The notes: a model not told the origin generated them from the sequence alone. A stretch of 58,039 nt of DNA, filler included, from Thelocarpon superellum (GCA_026025795.1; 2 parts of 2 records of this genome joined end to end with filler, not necessarily neighbours in it), one strand, 5' to 3'. Positions 12,778 to 26,700 are shown, counted from the first letter of the whole stretch. Program-made: numbers and translations.

Positions 12778-13610
12778 CTTCCACATCTTTGCATGCAGCG
12801 GTCTACGGAGAACCCATCATGTCCCTGTTGACTCTGCAGGTGTGTGCATCCTGGGAGGCTCGGTGGCACAGACCCCACGGAGACACGTGACTTGCGGGTC
12901 GAGTGTTGTGGGCAGGACGAGTTCCAGGCGTCCGTGGGGTCTACTTCTCGTGCATGTACCCCTAACGATCCCCACCTAAAAGCTTGGTGCGTTTCTGGGA
13001 ACTCCGACGCTTACGTACCGGCGGCAGAGGTTCTCTCGACCGTCCCCCGGTCCGTCTCGCTCTGTGCAACGTGCATGCAAAATCAGCTGCCCTTGGCCCC
13101 AGCCCATGACGCTTCCCGTAGTCAGCCACCAGCTCGTGCCAGCCTCAGCTTTTGAGTTTGGCTCAACTGGAAACCGGTGACTAGCGACGGTTAAGGTACG
13201 GCCCAGTTACGCCGTAGCCGCGTGGTGAACCACTGCGATCTCTAGCCACACAGCCATACCATCATCGCCGCCGTGACCGAGTACAGACCATCACCGACCC
13301 GATATTGGTCATCCCACGAGACATTGAGATCGACGAGTGACTCGCATCACTCGAATTACCCGCCCTTGGACGACTGTCGCCTCCCCCACCACATCATGGC
13401 CCTTGTATGGTCGACGTCGCGACGAAAGCTCCCGCCTGCATCCTCGTAGGACGTGCCCGCGGTGAGCGGCCATCCGGAGGGATGCGCCTTCACCTCTGGC
13501 CTTTCCGCATCACTGTCCTAGACTCCCTCCGCCCGACCTAGACCCGCCCGGGCCATCCCGCGTCGTGCTCGATCCGTCGCCCTCCGTGACCTCCACGACC
13601 TCATGAAGCG

Positions 13611-16600
13611 ATGGCGTTTCCTGGGGCGTGTCTCACGAATGTCCTAAAGACCGTAAGTTGAGAGCCCCTCCCCACGCACAGTGAGCGTGTACTGACGTGG
13701 CGTGGCCCAGGAACATCTTTCCTCCATCCCCTATCACGTTTATACCTTCTCCACCGACCCGCCCGGCGACAATGACCTCAGTCTCCCATCACCACCCACC
13801 AGTGCGTCGCTGCGACGACAGCGCGAGCGCATCCTCCGTCGGCTGGAACAAGCTGGTAGGGATCATGACCTCGTCGTGACCGCACTGCTCCCGCGACTGG
13901 AGCTGTGGTTCTATGACGTGGGACGGACGACGCGTTCTGTCGCCGACGTGGTGGCCGACGGCCTGGAAGCGGCGCAGAGCGAGGGCGTCGACCTCCCGGA
14001 CCAGCAGGGTCTTCGAGCATCTTTCACCGGCACCTTTGCTGCCTCCGCCCTTGAGAAAGAGCGGAAGGCTACGGGGCCTTTGTCTCGTCGTGCCGCACCA
14101 ACCTCCGCGCCGCCTACATCATCCTCCTTCGACCAGAGCCTGCTCGCCTTGAAGCAAGCCAATGCCGAGGTCGCCCATGCGAATCGTGCTCTGAGCGCTA
14201 CGACGGCCTCACAGCTCGGCACGGCCGTCGCCGACGCCCTCTTCCCCACGCCATCCGATGATCGAGGGAACCCTGTGTGGGTCTACCAGGTCTTCATCAC
14301 GGCGGTGGTGGCCTCGCTCTCCTACCACCTAGCCAAGCTCTATCGCTATCGACCCCTCAACTTTCGCACCCTCCTGAACCCCGAACCCTCCCCGGTTTCG
14401 CTGCTCCGCGATCCCGTTCGCCCACGGGAGTCCAGCCATATCCCCTTGACGACCCTCTACGTCTACTTGACCTCATCCGGCACGCTCGTCGTTCGTCCTG
14501 CCGTTGCTCATCATAGTGGTCTCACCACCCTGACGACGGACACCGCGGCTGAGACGGACAAGGACCTGTCATCAACGGTGGACTCTCGCGATGTCTGGTT
14601 GGCGCCGGGAGGGACAATCGCCCGCTACGTGGGCCCAGAGGATGACGTCGGCCTCGACCACCAAGGATCGCCAACTGCCGCCTCGCAGTCACGGGAGGAT
14701 GAGCGTGAACTGGCACGCCAGCGGTTGGTGGCTAAACGAGCGGATGCTCTCTGGAAGATTGACGTCGCAGTGTGGCTGAACCAAAAAGGCATCGACTTGA
14801 CTGAGGTGAACGGGTCCATTGAATGGGTGCGGGTGCAAGTCAGGCAGCCGGCCGACCAGCCCACGGATACGGCGACACCGCGCGACCATACGGCCGTTCA
14901 AACCATCTTGTGGCCGCGCAGCCTCTCCTTTGTCAGCGCCGGCCCCAGCTCTGCCGCGGATCGCATCCGACTCGACGGAAGCGATACGGAGGTGGACGGT
15001 ATGACCTGGTTCTTGCCGAACCGAGAACGAGGGGCACAGGATCCCATGGGTTTTGCCCAAGACTGGTTCCGGGGCCGGACCGAGCGTGCCACTATACTGG
15101 ACAGGATGCGACTGGCCCGCGAAGCCGAGGCGGCCGCCAAGGAGAAAGCCGCCGCGTCCGCCGTGGCCACCGCGAATGCCACGCTTCCTACGGCCCCTGG
15201 GTCGACGAGACCTATGAATCCGGCCGAAATTCAGGCGGCGAGCGCCGTCTATCCCACCCCACCCGACGGTGTCCCCCCCGCCAGTGCCGGCGGCGTGGCG
15301 TCGTCCGACACCGGGGCCAACGCCCAGCGGGCGCTAGGGGCGTCGACCGACGGGCATCCATCCCCACAGAACGACGCGCTCGACATGGACCTAGACCTGT
15401 GGAATGGGCCCGGCGAAAATGATGCTGAGTCGGGCATGCGGAAGCAAAGCTCCTTGAGTGCCTTTGACCTGCCGTCGGGGGCGGATCTCGATCCTACCAG
15501 CGGCGGGAACATGTACGGCGACATGGACGAGGACATGTTCAACGAGACAGGCGTGACCGAGGCGGACTTCAGCTTCTTTGATGGCCCCGGCGGCGATGAT
15601 CTGTTTGGAGGTGACGCCGATGCCGGTCCGGACGAGAGTAGCGCTGTACCCGAGCCAGGCGTCGATGCGAGCATGCTCGAGGATGAGACGAAGCCCGAGC
15701 CGCCTCCTGCGTCGATCGAGCCCATGATGTCAGAGTCAGGCGTGCCTGGGCATGATGACTCTTCACCGGCGACGCTGGGCCACGGCCCGAGCCGCGAGTC
15801 CGTCTTCTCGCCCGACATTAAGCGTGAGGGCAGTGCGCTGGGATCGACTCCTGCCGTTCCGGCGGTGACCCAAAACGGCTTCACGATGAGCCCGCCCCTG
15901 AGTCCGACACAGATCATGAAAAGCATCCTCCCCGACACGACCGAGACATCGCTGTCGCAGGCTCGGACGAGTCCAACGACGCGGCGACGGAAGCCGAGTA
16001 GCTTCGACCCCGTCGCTTTCAACACCGTCATCGAGGCCACGACCAACAAATACGATGCGCCGGGGCCTTTTTGGTTCTCGCCCATCGAAAGTCCACGCGT
16101 GGATCGATCATCGACGCGGGATGGACGGGCGCGTCAGAGCCACATCCCGCGCATTGGCATGCCCGCGTCGGGACGCAAGCGACCACGGGTTCGCCGTTCG
16201 TCCACCGCCGAGGATGCGGGAAATGCAGACGGTCACGAGCGATCCGTCCCGCCACGGAAGAGGCGATCGGGCAGCGAGACGGATGAGGAGGACCGTGGGC
16301 ATGATAGATCGGATGAGTCTGACTCGGACGACTCCAGCGACAGCTCGGACATGGTGCGCAGTCCGTCGATGAGCACGAAACGGAAGCGATCGTCCAAGGA
16401 CGGTCATGAGGCCATGACGTCGTCCATGGACCTGCTGGGACTGGAGCCCACGGATCTGTCGCATGAGGCACCCCAAGACGCCCCATCCCTGCGTCAACTT
16501 GGTCCTGACCCGTCTGATTGGTCGCTGGAAGGATACTGTGACGCCGGGGTTCCTGGACACGATGTGATGCTGAACTTGGTCGATCGCGAGTGGATCGATA

Positions 16601-19181
16601 CGGCGCAGATTGTCGCCGACCAAGTGGTGTCCGACTCGTTGTTCCAGCGGAAAATACGTGGACAACCCGGTGCAGACGGGAGTATAGGAGAGGCGTCGTG
16701 TGATCAGCAGATCACCAACGCGGTGGAGCATCTCTTCCCCCACATCACCGCTTGCACTTTGCTCGACTACAGCGCCGTCGAGGGGATTGCTCCGGAGCCT
16801 TGGGCCGCTTCCGCCCGACCCTCCCCACAAATCAGCCTGCATCTCAAGCGACAACAGGAGTCTTGCGCGACCACGGACACGGACGTTTCAATCGCTGCCA
16901 TTGCCAAGGTGTCGCCGCCCCACGTGTCCATCCAACGCGGCGATTCGGGCATGGAGATTTTGCCGCCAGCGCTGAATTTCTGGGAGACGTTTGGGTTCGG
17001 TCCCTGTGGCGGCAGCAAGGACGTTACGGCCTTTTGCGTCTATCCGTCGGGCGATGGGGTCGGCGAGAGGATCGGCGGGTTTCTGGAGCGGGTTGGCAGT
17101 GTCTACCGCGGCTGTCGGCTTGGAGAGCACGTACGAGGAGAGTTGGACGGCATCGACAAAGGGCTTGTGCCGGTCAGGGCGGGCGCATGCAACGCCCCTT
17201 TGACGCTGCAACGGGTCATGACGGCGGTGAAGGAGGCGTGTGTCGCGTTGGGTATGCAGTCAGTGACGCGTGCGTGGAAAGTTCGACGGCTGACGTGTCA
17301 GGTAACCTCCTCCCGAACCTCTCGAGCCGTCTCCAGAATATCGTCATCTACATGGTCAACCCGTTTTCTCACAGCGGCGCGCTCGTTGACCTCTGCGCCG
17401 CCTTCTCGGCGCTCTGTCAAACGTACGTGTCGTCGCCGAAGCTGCAGCAGTTTGAGCATATCAACGAAGTGGTGTTGCAAGTGGTGCCGATGGGCTTCAT
17501 CGCCGACGAGCATTTCCTGGCCGTGCCCAGCCAGGTGGACCATACGCGACTGGCCCTGCAGACCTACGAGCGATGCGCCTTGACCGAGGGCAAGACAGTG
17601 GAGGAGTTTCCCTGTCGAGAATCGGCCCCGGCGGTGTTACTGGCGCCCACGATCCCCAAGAGCATCGACTTCCGCCTCACGCCCGACCCGTCCTCGTCCG
17701 TGCTGCAGGAGAACCGATGTCTACACGTGGCCTATTCCCGTGGCCTCAACGACCGATGGGTCTCGGCGGCGTGGACCGACAATCGGGGCGATCTGCAAAA
17801 CTGCACGTCCTACTGTCGGTCGATGTTGAGCGGGTCATCCGCGAGCCGGTCGTTTGACGAAGTGGCCAAGGAGATTTGGGAGACGACGATGGAGATGATC
17901 CAGATCAAACGCGTGCAGTGGCATATAGTGGTGGTGAAGGCGGGGGTATTTGAGACCGACGAAACGGACGTTTGGATAGCCCTGTCGACGCAGACCACGC
18001 AGCCCTCGACGACGATGAGTCTGTTCTCGGCCGAGACGGCACAACACAGCGCGCCGCTGTCGCTGAAGGTCCGGCTCGCGGAGCATGAGCCAGAGCCCGG
18101 ACTCGATGGAACGATGGACTCCGCACCGCCATCATCCCTGCCGCCGGCGGGATCGCAGCTTACGCCCGTCTCCACCCCCCAACCGCCATCCACACAATCG
18201 CCGGATCAGTCCGGCACCAATGCCGCCACGCCGACCGCCAACGCCCCCACGCCTGGCGTCCGGACCCCAGGCGGAGGAGAAACGGCAATGGACACGCCGG
18301 GCGACGGCACCAGTGGAGGGACGGAAGAGACGCACACGACGCTGGTGGATCTCGCGGACGACACGTGGATGGTGACGCTCGCTCATCCCCTCCCGACTGC
18401 TCCTAGCGTGGTGGAATACCGGCCGGCGCTGGCGAGTGGATATTTGATCCGACGGGGAGTGTCGATGATGATGCCGGTGGAGGAGACGGGGGACGAAGAT
18501 GAGGTGGTGTCGGTGGTCAATCGGGGGGGAGGGGTGGGAGGAGGGAGAGGAGAGGTGGGGGAGGTAATGGGGCTGTCGCTGGTATATACCTCGTCCCTAA
18601 CCCATCCACCTCTTCCTCCCCCAACATTAACATCGACATCGACGGGCCATCTTCAGTCTGAGAGTCAGGCGGACGGGGCATCTGCGAGCACCCCTTCGAC
18701 GTCGACATCAAATCTCAACACCAGCGTCACATCGACATCGACGACAGCAAGCCAATCCAACAACAGCACCAACGCGACGAGCAGTGCGACCCACAGCGGG
18801 ACCCGGCAAGCAAACAATGCAAGCACGGCTCTGCTCCGAGAAATACTCGTGGTATATCGTGGACTGGCTACCCTGGCGCGGCTAAAGGGAGTTTTCCTAC
18901 ATTCCCCTCCCTCCACAACTTCCGCGACAACCCGGACCTCTTTTTCTTCGCTTTCTTCTTCGGATCCGTCTTTGGATCCTTCTACTGCTGGTGCTGGTGC
19001 TGGTGCGGGAGGTCAGAAGGCGCTGGGCGGTACTGGTGTCAGACGAGCGGGAGGACAAGGACGGGAAGACGGAGTTGGAGGAGGAGGAGGGGTGGGTGAC
19101 GGGCCGGGTGAAGGATTTACCCTTCCATGGCATATTGTGGCCGCTATGAAGGCTCAAGAGGGGTTGAGTCGATTGATGTGA
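13611..19181 (+). CDS. MED13: Mediator kinase-module subunit Med13 (Ssn2/Srb9); exons 13611-13652, 13711-17251, 17302-19181; ~1820 aa
   Basis: Motifs VYPTPPDG, VTEADFSFFD, LPPALNFWETFGFGP, IVIYMVNPF, LHVAYS..WVSAAWTD and terminal LPWHI. Introns 13653-13710 (GTAAGT..ACTGAC..CAG) and 17252-17301 (GTATGC..GCTGAC..CAG) join the ORFs in frame. Confidence 0.9.
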
Positions 19182-19185
19182 TGTG

Positions 19186-19224
19186 ATCTGACGCTCCAAT
19201 CTGACGCTCCAATCTGACGCTCCA
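19186..19224. repeat. Perfect tandem repeat (ATCTGACGCTCCA)x3 immediately after the MED13 stop
   Basis: Read directly from the sequence. Confidence 0.9.
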
Positions 19225-22200
19225 TATCATGATATATTGTGGTGCGCTGTCTTGTGTTGTGTGGTGGGGTGGTGTGTGGCGATCGGTGGTCGGTGGTGGG
19301 TGTACTGAGCCATGCTATATCATCATCAATCAATCGATCGACAATCAATCAAAAAGTCCGTCCCTCTCGGCTCCGGCGCTAGCCAAAACAGCCGCTATGG
19401 CTCGTACTAACGCGAAACAATATTGCGTCGAGTTCTCCTTGAGACGCGGGCGGTGCCCGATTAAAGGTTGGTGAAGTGGAAAAGGGAGAGAGAAAGGCAG
19501 CTTGATTTCATCATTGGAATAGACAAGAAAATGACCCTGGCTGGTCGCAGGTCCACAAACCCCCTCCCTCGCACGACGTACGAACGAACGAATGGCGGAA
19601 TCCAACTACCCATCTGCGTTCGCGGGAACCCCATCCCTCTATGGTCGGAGCGGCTGTGAACAATCTATTCTTTTCCTGTCCCGATGGATAGAATTCATGT
19701 CAGATTTCGTCTCTTGGTCATGTACGCCCAAACCCCTCCATGTCGTAAAGCTCGTGTCAGACGAGCCGGGTCCATGTAATCACCAATAACAAAGCCGTCG
19801 AATACGAAGAGAAATATTTGCAGTCCGGCCAGCTGCGGAAAGTCGTCCTGGTCTCGAGCAGGTCAAGCGCCGAGAAAGCGGAAGGCATCGTCGACCAGGA
19901 CGAGCTCCTGTCGCAGCCACGCGTCCTCTCCCTACTCCGAGCCGATCCAGGCAGACTCTCATCCTGGACTGATGCTCTCGGAGCTGCATAGACACGTGTC
20001 GGGCTCAGCGCCCACCGTCATGGTGTCCACCGTCATGGCGTGCCCCCTAGGCTTACATCGACATTGTCTCGTCTGCGCGTCACCTCGATGGCGTGCAAGG
20101 ACGGAGCTGTGCGCGGCTTCTTTTCCCACCATCAGGCTGGGGATCACCGTGGCTTTGTTCATCCGTCGGGATGGTGCGCGGAGATGCCCCTCCCCTTCGC
20201 GATGCCCAGCCTCGACCGGTCGCGCCGGTGGCGGCGCCGGCGTCGTCCCACGATTCCGGGATGATGGTGGGCGTAGAACTAGGGCGGAGGAATAGACCCT
20301 TCCATCGCATTCGGGACAGGGGAGAATGGTGGAAAGTCATGCAGGTCGGATGCCGCGATGGAGATTGAGGTATTTCGAGCAAGCCACACGTTGGTCGAGT
20401 GGACCGTGCACATTTTCTCGGCCATCACCCCATCGCAATCACATGTCAACCGCCCTCGCCAAGGAGAGAAACAAAGGTACGCGACGCTCGAGAACGGTGG
20501 TCGCCATCCGGACGAGCCGGTCAGCGAGATCCCATGGAAACACCAACGGAAGGCCAAAAGCTCGCGTTTGGAACAATGACGTCGATGGAAAAAGTGGAAC
20601 GGGGAGCGTTGCTAAGCTTGTCAACCTCGTGATGGGACGAGTCAGACAACATCCCTTGGTCAGCAACGTCCTCATCCTCCGCCTCGTCCTTCACATGTCG
20701 GGCCCGACATAGGAGGCCGTCGTCTTGTCGCGCCATCGCATCGCCGCGCCGCCACACCGTCACCCCTCGTCCCGTCGCTTCGTCCAGGGTCTTTGCACCA
20801 AGGGCTTCACGACTTAGGTCAGTTCGCGGCAGACAAAGGTAGCGACACCGTGCCGTCAGAGCAGGGGTGGGATGACATGGGTCAGGGTAGGCACGACGTT
20901 GAGGCGATTTCGATCCGATGCGGGGAAGTCGTGCGGCGTGGGCAGGGAAGGCCTGGTGGGGAGACGCTCGCCCACCGTCACATGGCCTCATCCCCTACCC
21001 GGCACTGGGAGCATCGAGCGCCGGCCGATGGGACAGAACGCACGGCCGGCTCGCCAAAGGATATATGCGTGCCGTGTCTGAAGCTGAAGAAGGTTCGCAG
21101 GCGACGCTGGATGATGAAGCACGGGTGCTTTGACCATCTTGAGGGACTTGAAAGGTTATCGATTGTCTCCCGTGGTACTTGCTCTCGGTAAAGCGTTGCG
21201 CGCAAAGTCCAAGTACCGCCCCAGGTATCGCGGCGCCCCCATCGATGCACCATCACATGGAAAGGGTTCGAGTTCCTGTTCCAGCTGCACAACAGCTCAC
21301 TCTCACGATGCATGGGTCCCTGCCCGGCCGGGATGGGCCTGCCAAGTGCGATGTGGTAACACGGTACCAGAAGCAAGCGGGAAATGCTAAAGGATCGCCC
21401 TGACCACGCCGAGGGACTTGTGCGCTCGTAACCTCATCAAGTCCTCGAGTCCCCAAGTCCTCAAGTCCCATGGTGGATCAGTCCGCAGTTGCGTTGGTCG
21501 GCCCTCGGTGGGGTGGATGATAAAGCCGACCAGCCTGGGCCCATGACATCACGCATGACAGCGTGCCGGCACGTAGAGAGCACGGAAGACCTGCACCATC
21601 GGGGGGATCACTCCGTACCTACCGAGGAGCCCTGTACTGTAGAGGCGCATCTTACGCCTTGGTCAGCATCGTGGGAGTTATCCCATCAAGTCGTTGAAAC
21701 ACTTCGCACGAGGCGGAAGCGATCGGTGATGATGAGACGGCCAAAGTCAATTAGAGTGGTCTACAGGACACACTAGACTAGAAAGCCCGTCGCCTTGGCC
21801 CGGACACGAGGTGTTGAGCTGGTGAGGGGGCGAGAAGCAGCGTCGGGCTCGTGTGAACCTACCGAATGCACGAGGAGGATCAGGGGGCCGGGATGCGACC
21901 GGGTTGACGACGGCACCGGCGCCACGACGGTCCTACGTTCGTCGCATTGCTGGGGGCGATTGTGGGGTATAGTTCCGACTATCGGATCATGCTCTTTCTG
22001 TTCTTGGTACAATGCCCATCTCCCATGTCAAACGTACCTTCATCGAGATCCGGTTCAGCCGTCGGAGCTCGTGTTTCGTCTAGACGCCCGTCAGGACAAG
22101 GTGGGATCGGCCGGTAACGGCTGGCTGCGAGAGGCTCCTAGCCGACCGGACTCGCAAGAGTATCACGGGGGCCGGCGAAAATAGTCACGGGGCAGACGCC

Positions 22201-22983
22201 GTAGCCACCGGGCACCAGCCGTTGCCCCAAGACCGGCCAGGGCATCGCACTGGCTGACCGTGAGGCCAACACGCCCTGCTGGACAGGGAGGACATAGGGG
22301 CCAGGGGAGAAAGGGATGGTCAGCCTACCGTCGCACGGTCCTATGACTAGGTGGAAGAGTAATCAAAGGTTCGGCCTCGCGGCTGTGCGTGGCCGGGTGA
22401 GTAAAGAGCATGTCGTAAGGACCGGTGATGCGAGCGGTGAAGTTGGCACCCCTGTCGGCTGGATCCACGGTCGGGGGTGGCGACTAGGCTCAGGCGGGGC
22501 AAAGTGGTGAGGCCGCACCCTGGGATTCTTTGCGTGCTCTTCTCACCTCCCAGGTCATGCCCATGCCACGCGCACGTCTAGACCAACGGCTCCGTCACCG
22601 AGAAATGGGCGGAGTCCACCCGCACACGCTGCAGCGCGCGGGGGCAGAGAAAGCGGTGGGCGAGTGGGCGGTCGGCTGTGTTCTTGGCCAGGCTAACGTG
22701 GTGCCGCCAACTACGACTGCCGAGTGCGCAACTAACTCGCCCTCGACCAAGGCTGATTCGACCGTGCGCGCTCTGCTGCTGCTGGCGCGCCGTCGACAGC
22801 CGCGCTCATGACCGGCATCCGTCGCCGCAGAGTTTCATGCATTGTTCCGTACACCGCTTGACCGGGGTCCCTCCTGGATAGCTCGTTGACCCTGCATGCG
22901 CTAACCATTTCCCACTGATGCCTATGACTGGTCGCCAGGTTGCTGTCCGGGTGCCTGAATCACCCTCGTTTGTAGCGGCAAGA

Positions 22984-22988
22984 TATAA
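22984..22988 (+). promoter_or_regulatory. Candidate TATA element upstream of the 23189 gene
   Basis: TATAA about 200 bp upstream of the ATG, in GC-rich DNA, followed by a pyrimidine-rich leader. Confidence 0.4.
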
Positions 22989-23056
22989 GTTCTGGCTTCC
23001 CTCCCTCGAAAGGGGAGGATAATCATGGAAGCAAGATCTACTCTACCACTGAACGC

Positions 23057-23084
23057 TGACCATTGACCATTGACCATTGACCAT
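23057..23084. repeat. Tandem repeat (TGACCAT)x4 in the presumed 5' leader of the 23189 gene
   Basis: Read directly from the sequence. Confidence 0.9.
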
Positions 23085-23188
23085 CGTGCACTGCGCTGCC
23101 CGCGGCGTGGCTCGTCCATCCCCATCTCCCATTCATTCGAGCATCTTCCTCGCGCTCCCCACGAACCACCCCCCACCCGCCGCCCACG

Positions 23189-23794
23189 ATGACGTTCGAC
23201 CGTCATGTGGGCTTCGTGTCCACTCCAACGGTCTCCCGTGTGGTCAATGAGAACGAACTCGTGGCCATCCACAACTTTGCCGTCCACGCCTCCCATTGCA
23301 CTCGATGCGCCGACCCCTATCGCACCCACCTCGAGGGCAAGACGCTCTGTGACCGCGGCCATCACCACGCCCGCGAAGTCGCTCGATACGTCTACAACCG
23401 CGCTGGTCGAGCGTGTTCCGCGCTGGAGTACAACGAGCATCAGCCCATCCAGGTCGAGATCCCCGTCGGCTACGAGGCCACGCGGGGTCTGCTGAAGGCC
23501 ATGGAGCGGGGCCTCCGCGTCCGCGCCATCAAGGCCAAGGCCGCTCCCGTCGTCAGCTACGACCGCACATACTGGGTGGAACGGCGAAAGGTCGATCGAC
23601 CGGTGCGGCCGCCGGTGCAGATTGTCGAGCCCACTCGGCGGGACCACCGCTTCGAGAAGATCGTCTACGTGGGACCCCATCGCCGAGACTTCCCCGCCCT
23701 TCGCCCGCATGAGAACATCGTCGTCTACGCCGCGCCCCGACAGCATCGGCCGATCCGTCCGAGCATGTTTTTTGACGACCAATTCTTCCGCTGA
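23189..23794 (+). CDS. Uncharacterised fungal protein, 201 aa, with a Cys/His cluster
   Basis: Intronless ATG-TGA ORF with strong C/G third-position bias. HASHCTRCADPY..LCDRGH and QVEIP..GLLKAMERGLR resemble a hypothetical Pezizomycotina family as I recall it. Confidence 0.8.
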   Translation: MTFDRHVGFVSTPTVSRVVNENELVAIHNFAVHASHCTRCADPYRTHLEGKTLCDRGHHHAREVARYVYNRAGRACSALEYNEHQPIQVEIPVGYEATRGLLKAMERGLRVRAIKAKAAPVVSYDRTYWVERRKVDRPVRPPVQIVEPTRRDHRFEKIVYVGPHRRDFPALRPHENIVVYAAPRQHRPIRPSMFFDDQFFR

Positions 23795-26700
23795 ACCATC
23801 CGGGTTGCCGTGAGTCACCACCTTCTACCACCACCTTCCAACGATCCCCCTCAACGGCCTGAATCCCAGGCTGCCCTCGAGCCACGCTCAGCAGGGCACG
23901 CCGCTCGGAATCCTTATCCACCCTCCTGGCACGGCCACGGCCGTGCCGTCTTCCCATATCTTTCCGCTTATTCCACATACCTATCGTTGTGTGGATGGCG
24001 CAGTCGTCTGAGATGTTCGGCAACCATGAGCAGGGCAGGGCGAGACACGCGGCGACGGAATTCGCCGTGTGGAGGAACAGGAGAGAGCACCGAGAGGTGT
24101 GGGAACCGGCCGGAGTCTACGATCTCTTCAGCGAGAGAATCAGGAATAGGCAGGACCCATATCACGAGCAACGATACTTTATGACCCTTACGCAGACACG
24201 CAGTCATGTCTTCGGTACGGAATATCTGTATGTAGCCACAAGAGACATCCTCAATGAGGACTACTACTAGACTACTACTACTAGTAGTATTAATCATTCA
24301 ACTGCTTAGAAAATAAAGACGTCATACCAGAGACTAATCTGAGCTTCCGCCAGCAAGGCCGCGATCCATATTGTTCTTGTCCACCAAAGACTCATGGCGG
24401 CTGCCTGACGTGCAGCGTTGCCAAGCACGCGCCAAGTGGAGCATCCGCCGTCATTGGTCTACGGATGTGACACATCCTTCCGTCTGGGATCTGATCACCC
24501 AATTGGCCAATGAACATGATCCCGACGCTCACTTCGGCGTACGAGTAATATTCAGAGGGTCTGCGGATTGATACTATGACTAGTGGCAGTTGTTAGTAAC
24601 TGACCTTCATGGCATCCTACGCACATGGGCCATTTTGAGGCTGTGCAGACCGCGCGCTCCGCAGTCGCTTCTGTCCACTACCTGGCTATTCGACGACTGG
24701 GGAGTAGTAGTATGTCCTCGCCGGAGACGGAACAAAAGCTACATCTGTGACTCTGACGCCCTACCCAGGATCAAGGCATCGTCATCCTGGCGGTCCACTG
24801 CTTTCCGGTCCGCGTTGCAAAAAGTGCGAGGCTTATGCACGTATGACTCGACGGAGTGCGCGGAGTGGGGAAGGCTTTCATCGTAGAGGTTCAGGTGCGG
24901 GGCAGGACGGGGCGAGGAGAGGGAAGTGGAGACGAGATGACCAAGGTATTGTGGAGACTCCATACGCGAGCTCTAGGCTTTTGACTAAGCTGCCGCACGT
25001 GACCCACCATAGCTGTATCTTAGAGCGACCGATAGCTTCCGTAGAATAGACGACCCATTCCAGTCTGTTTTATGGGGTGCATCAGTATGTTAGGTCGAGA
25101 CGAGGCCAGGAGGGAGACGAGGTAGCTTATGTCATCCAACCGTCGAGCATCGAGGATAGAAAGCGTAATCGTGGAAATAAGCCGTAACGATCTCTTTTCC
25201 GTGTGCTTGAGCTGAGCAACTTGAATCTACATCATAACCAGCCGAGATGGTAAAGAAAGGTGAATCATGCCGTTCAATGATGACAACTTTACTACCTTCC
25301 ACTCGTCATCATTCTCATCATTACCGTGCTGACTCGATCACGTAGCCAAATCACGTACGATCGCCGTGCGGCTCATCTCACAAGCCATGACGGGCTACTT
25401 CAAGACATTCATCCGGCCGCGGCAGCACCGTCCGTTATCCATGCTGAAATATGACCCCGTCGGTACGATGCCTCCTTCCGTCGACTGGCGTGGCGAGATT
25501 CTCTCAGAGGCCACTAACACCACGGTCCCCAACGCTCGCGAGAAGTTAGATCTCCTCGGGAACGGAGCTTGCTGACGATGCTTTTCACAGTTCGCCGACA
25601 AGTCCTCTTCCTTGAGCAGAAACGCGGGGGATCGCGATGACGAGGGATCGAGATCTCTGGATCGTCGATGCAGGTATTCGAGCATGCGAAGCACACCAGA
25701 CACGGCGGGAGTGGATCACAACCTCTCGGGATCTGACTAGGGAATAGCTGTGACCCGATGGCATTTGATGCCTGGGGCTTGCCAGGCATTTGGGTTGGAT
25801 CCCAAGTCTTCGCATGTGGGCACATCGTTGTCATTGAGCACAGCTCTGGCGTACGGGACAGCGCAGCGGGAAATCATTGTACTTTTCTATCCACGGCTAC
25901 GGAAGAGGAGATTAGTATCATGGACGGATCTACAGAGACGCCATCCAAGATTGAAGAAGACATGGTTTCCGAGTGGGTGGTTGATGTCTCTCTTCCCTGA
26001 GCAAGGCTCCTAAGCCCAAGCGGGGGATTTCACCATGGTTGCGTTAGCAATGTTGCTCTCGAGGCGCTGATCAGAATATGGAAGACTGTCTCCTCCATCA
26101 TCCCACATGCGTCTCGCCTACATCGTTGACAGACTGGCTGAAAAGACACGATGCGCTATGGTGATACAATGAACGAGACCACCCCAGCGGGCTCAATCAA
26201 TGGATCAACTGGAACTGATGGCGCGTAGTCGAATCTCGTGATCACCGTGATCAGACAGCAGGATGAGGACAAGCCACGCAATTACATCCCACCAGGTGCA
26301 GACGTTTATCCCTCCAAAGCAGGCTACGATGTGATGGATCATCGACCGTCCTCCAGCCGCCAATGTTCGGGATTGCCTCGCAGGCGCCCGGGGACGAGAC
26401 TTGATCGAGCCCGGTAGGTTACTCGAGCATCCACCACGACCAATCACGGCGCTTAACCGCTTCTCGGCTGCTAACGCGCCCCCGCCAACTGACCGAGCCC
26501 TAGCCATACGCGCCCACCACACCACGATTCAAGCGCCCGCGAACCCATCACACCGTGTGGTCCTATCTTTGTCCCGTCGCGACGAGGGAGCCAAGTCGCC
26601 AGACCCCGGCCTGGTTGGTCCACGATCTCACCGTGTCACGTCCGCGGCGGTCCATTCGACGCCATTCAGCGCCGTGCTTCTTTCCGACCCGATCGTACCG

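Noticed and set aside
20695..20710. Perfect 16-bp palindrome ATGTCGGGCCCGACAT
   Set aside because: About one such palindrome is expected by chance in 58 kb; no supporting context.
25366..26013. Short ORFs with a branch and acceptor-like GCTGAC..CACAG near 25590, a possible gene or pseudogene
   Set aside because: The splice combinations I tried hit stop codons, and no family similarity is recognisable.
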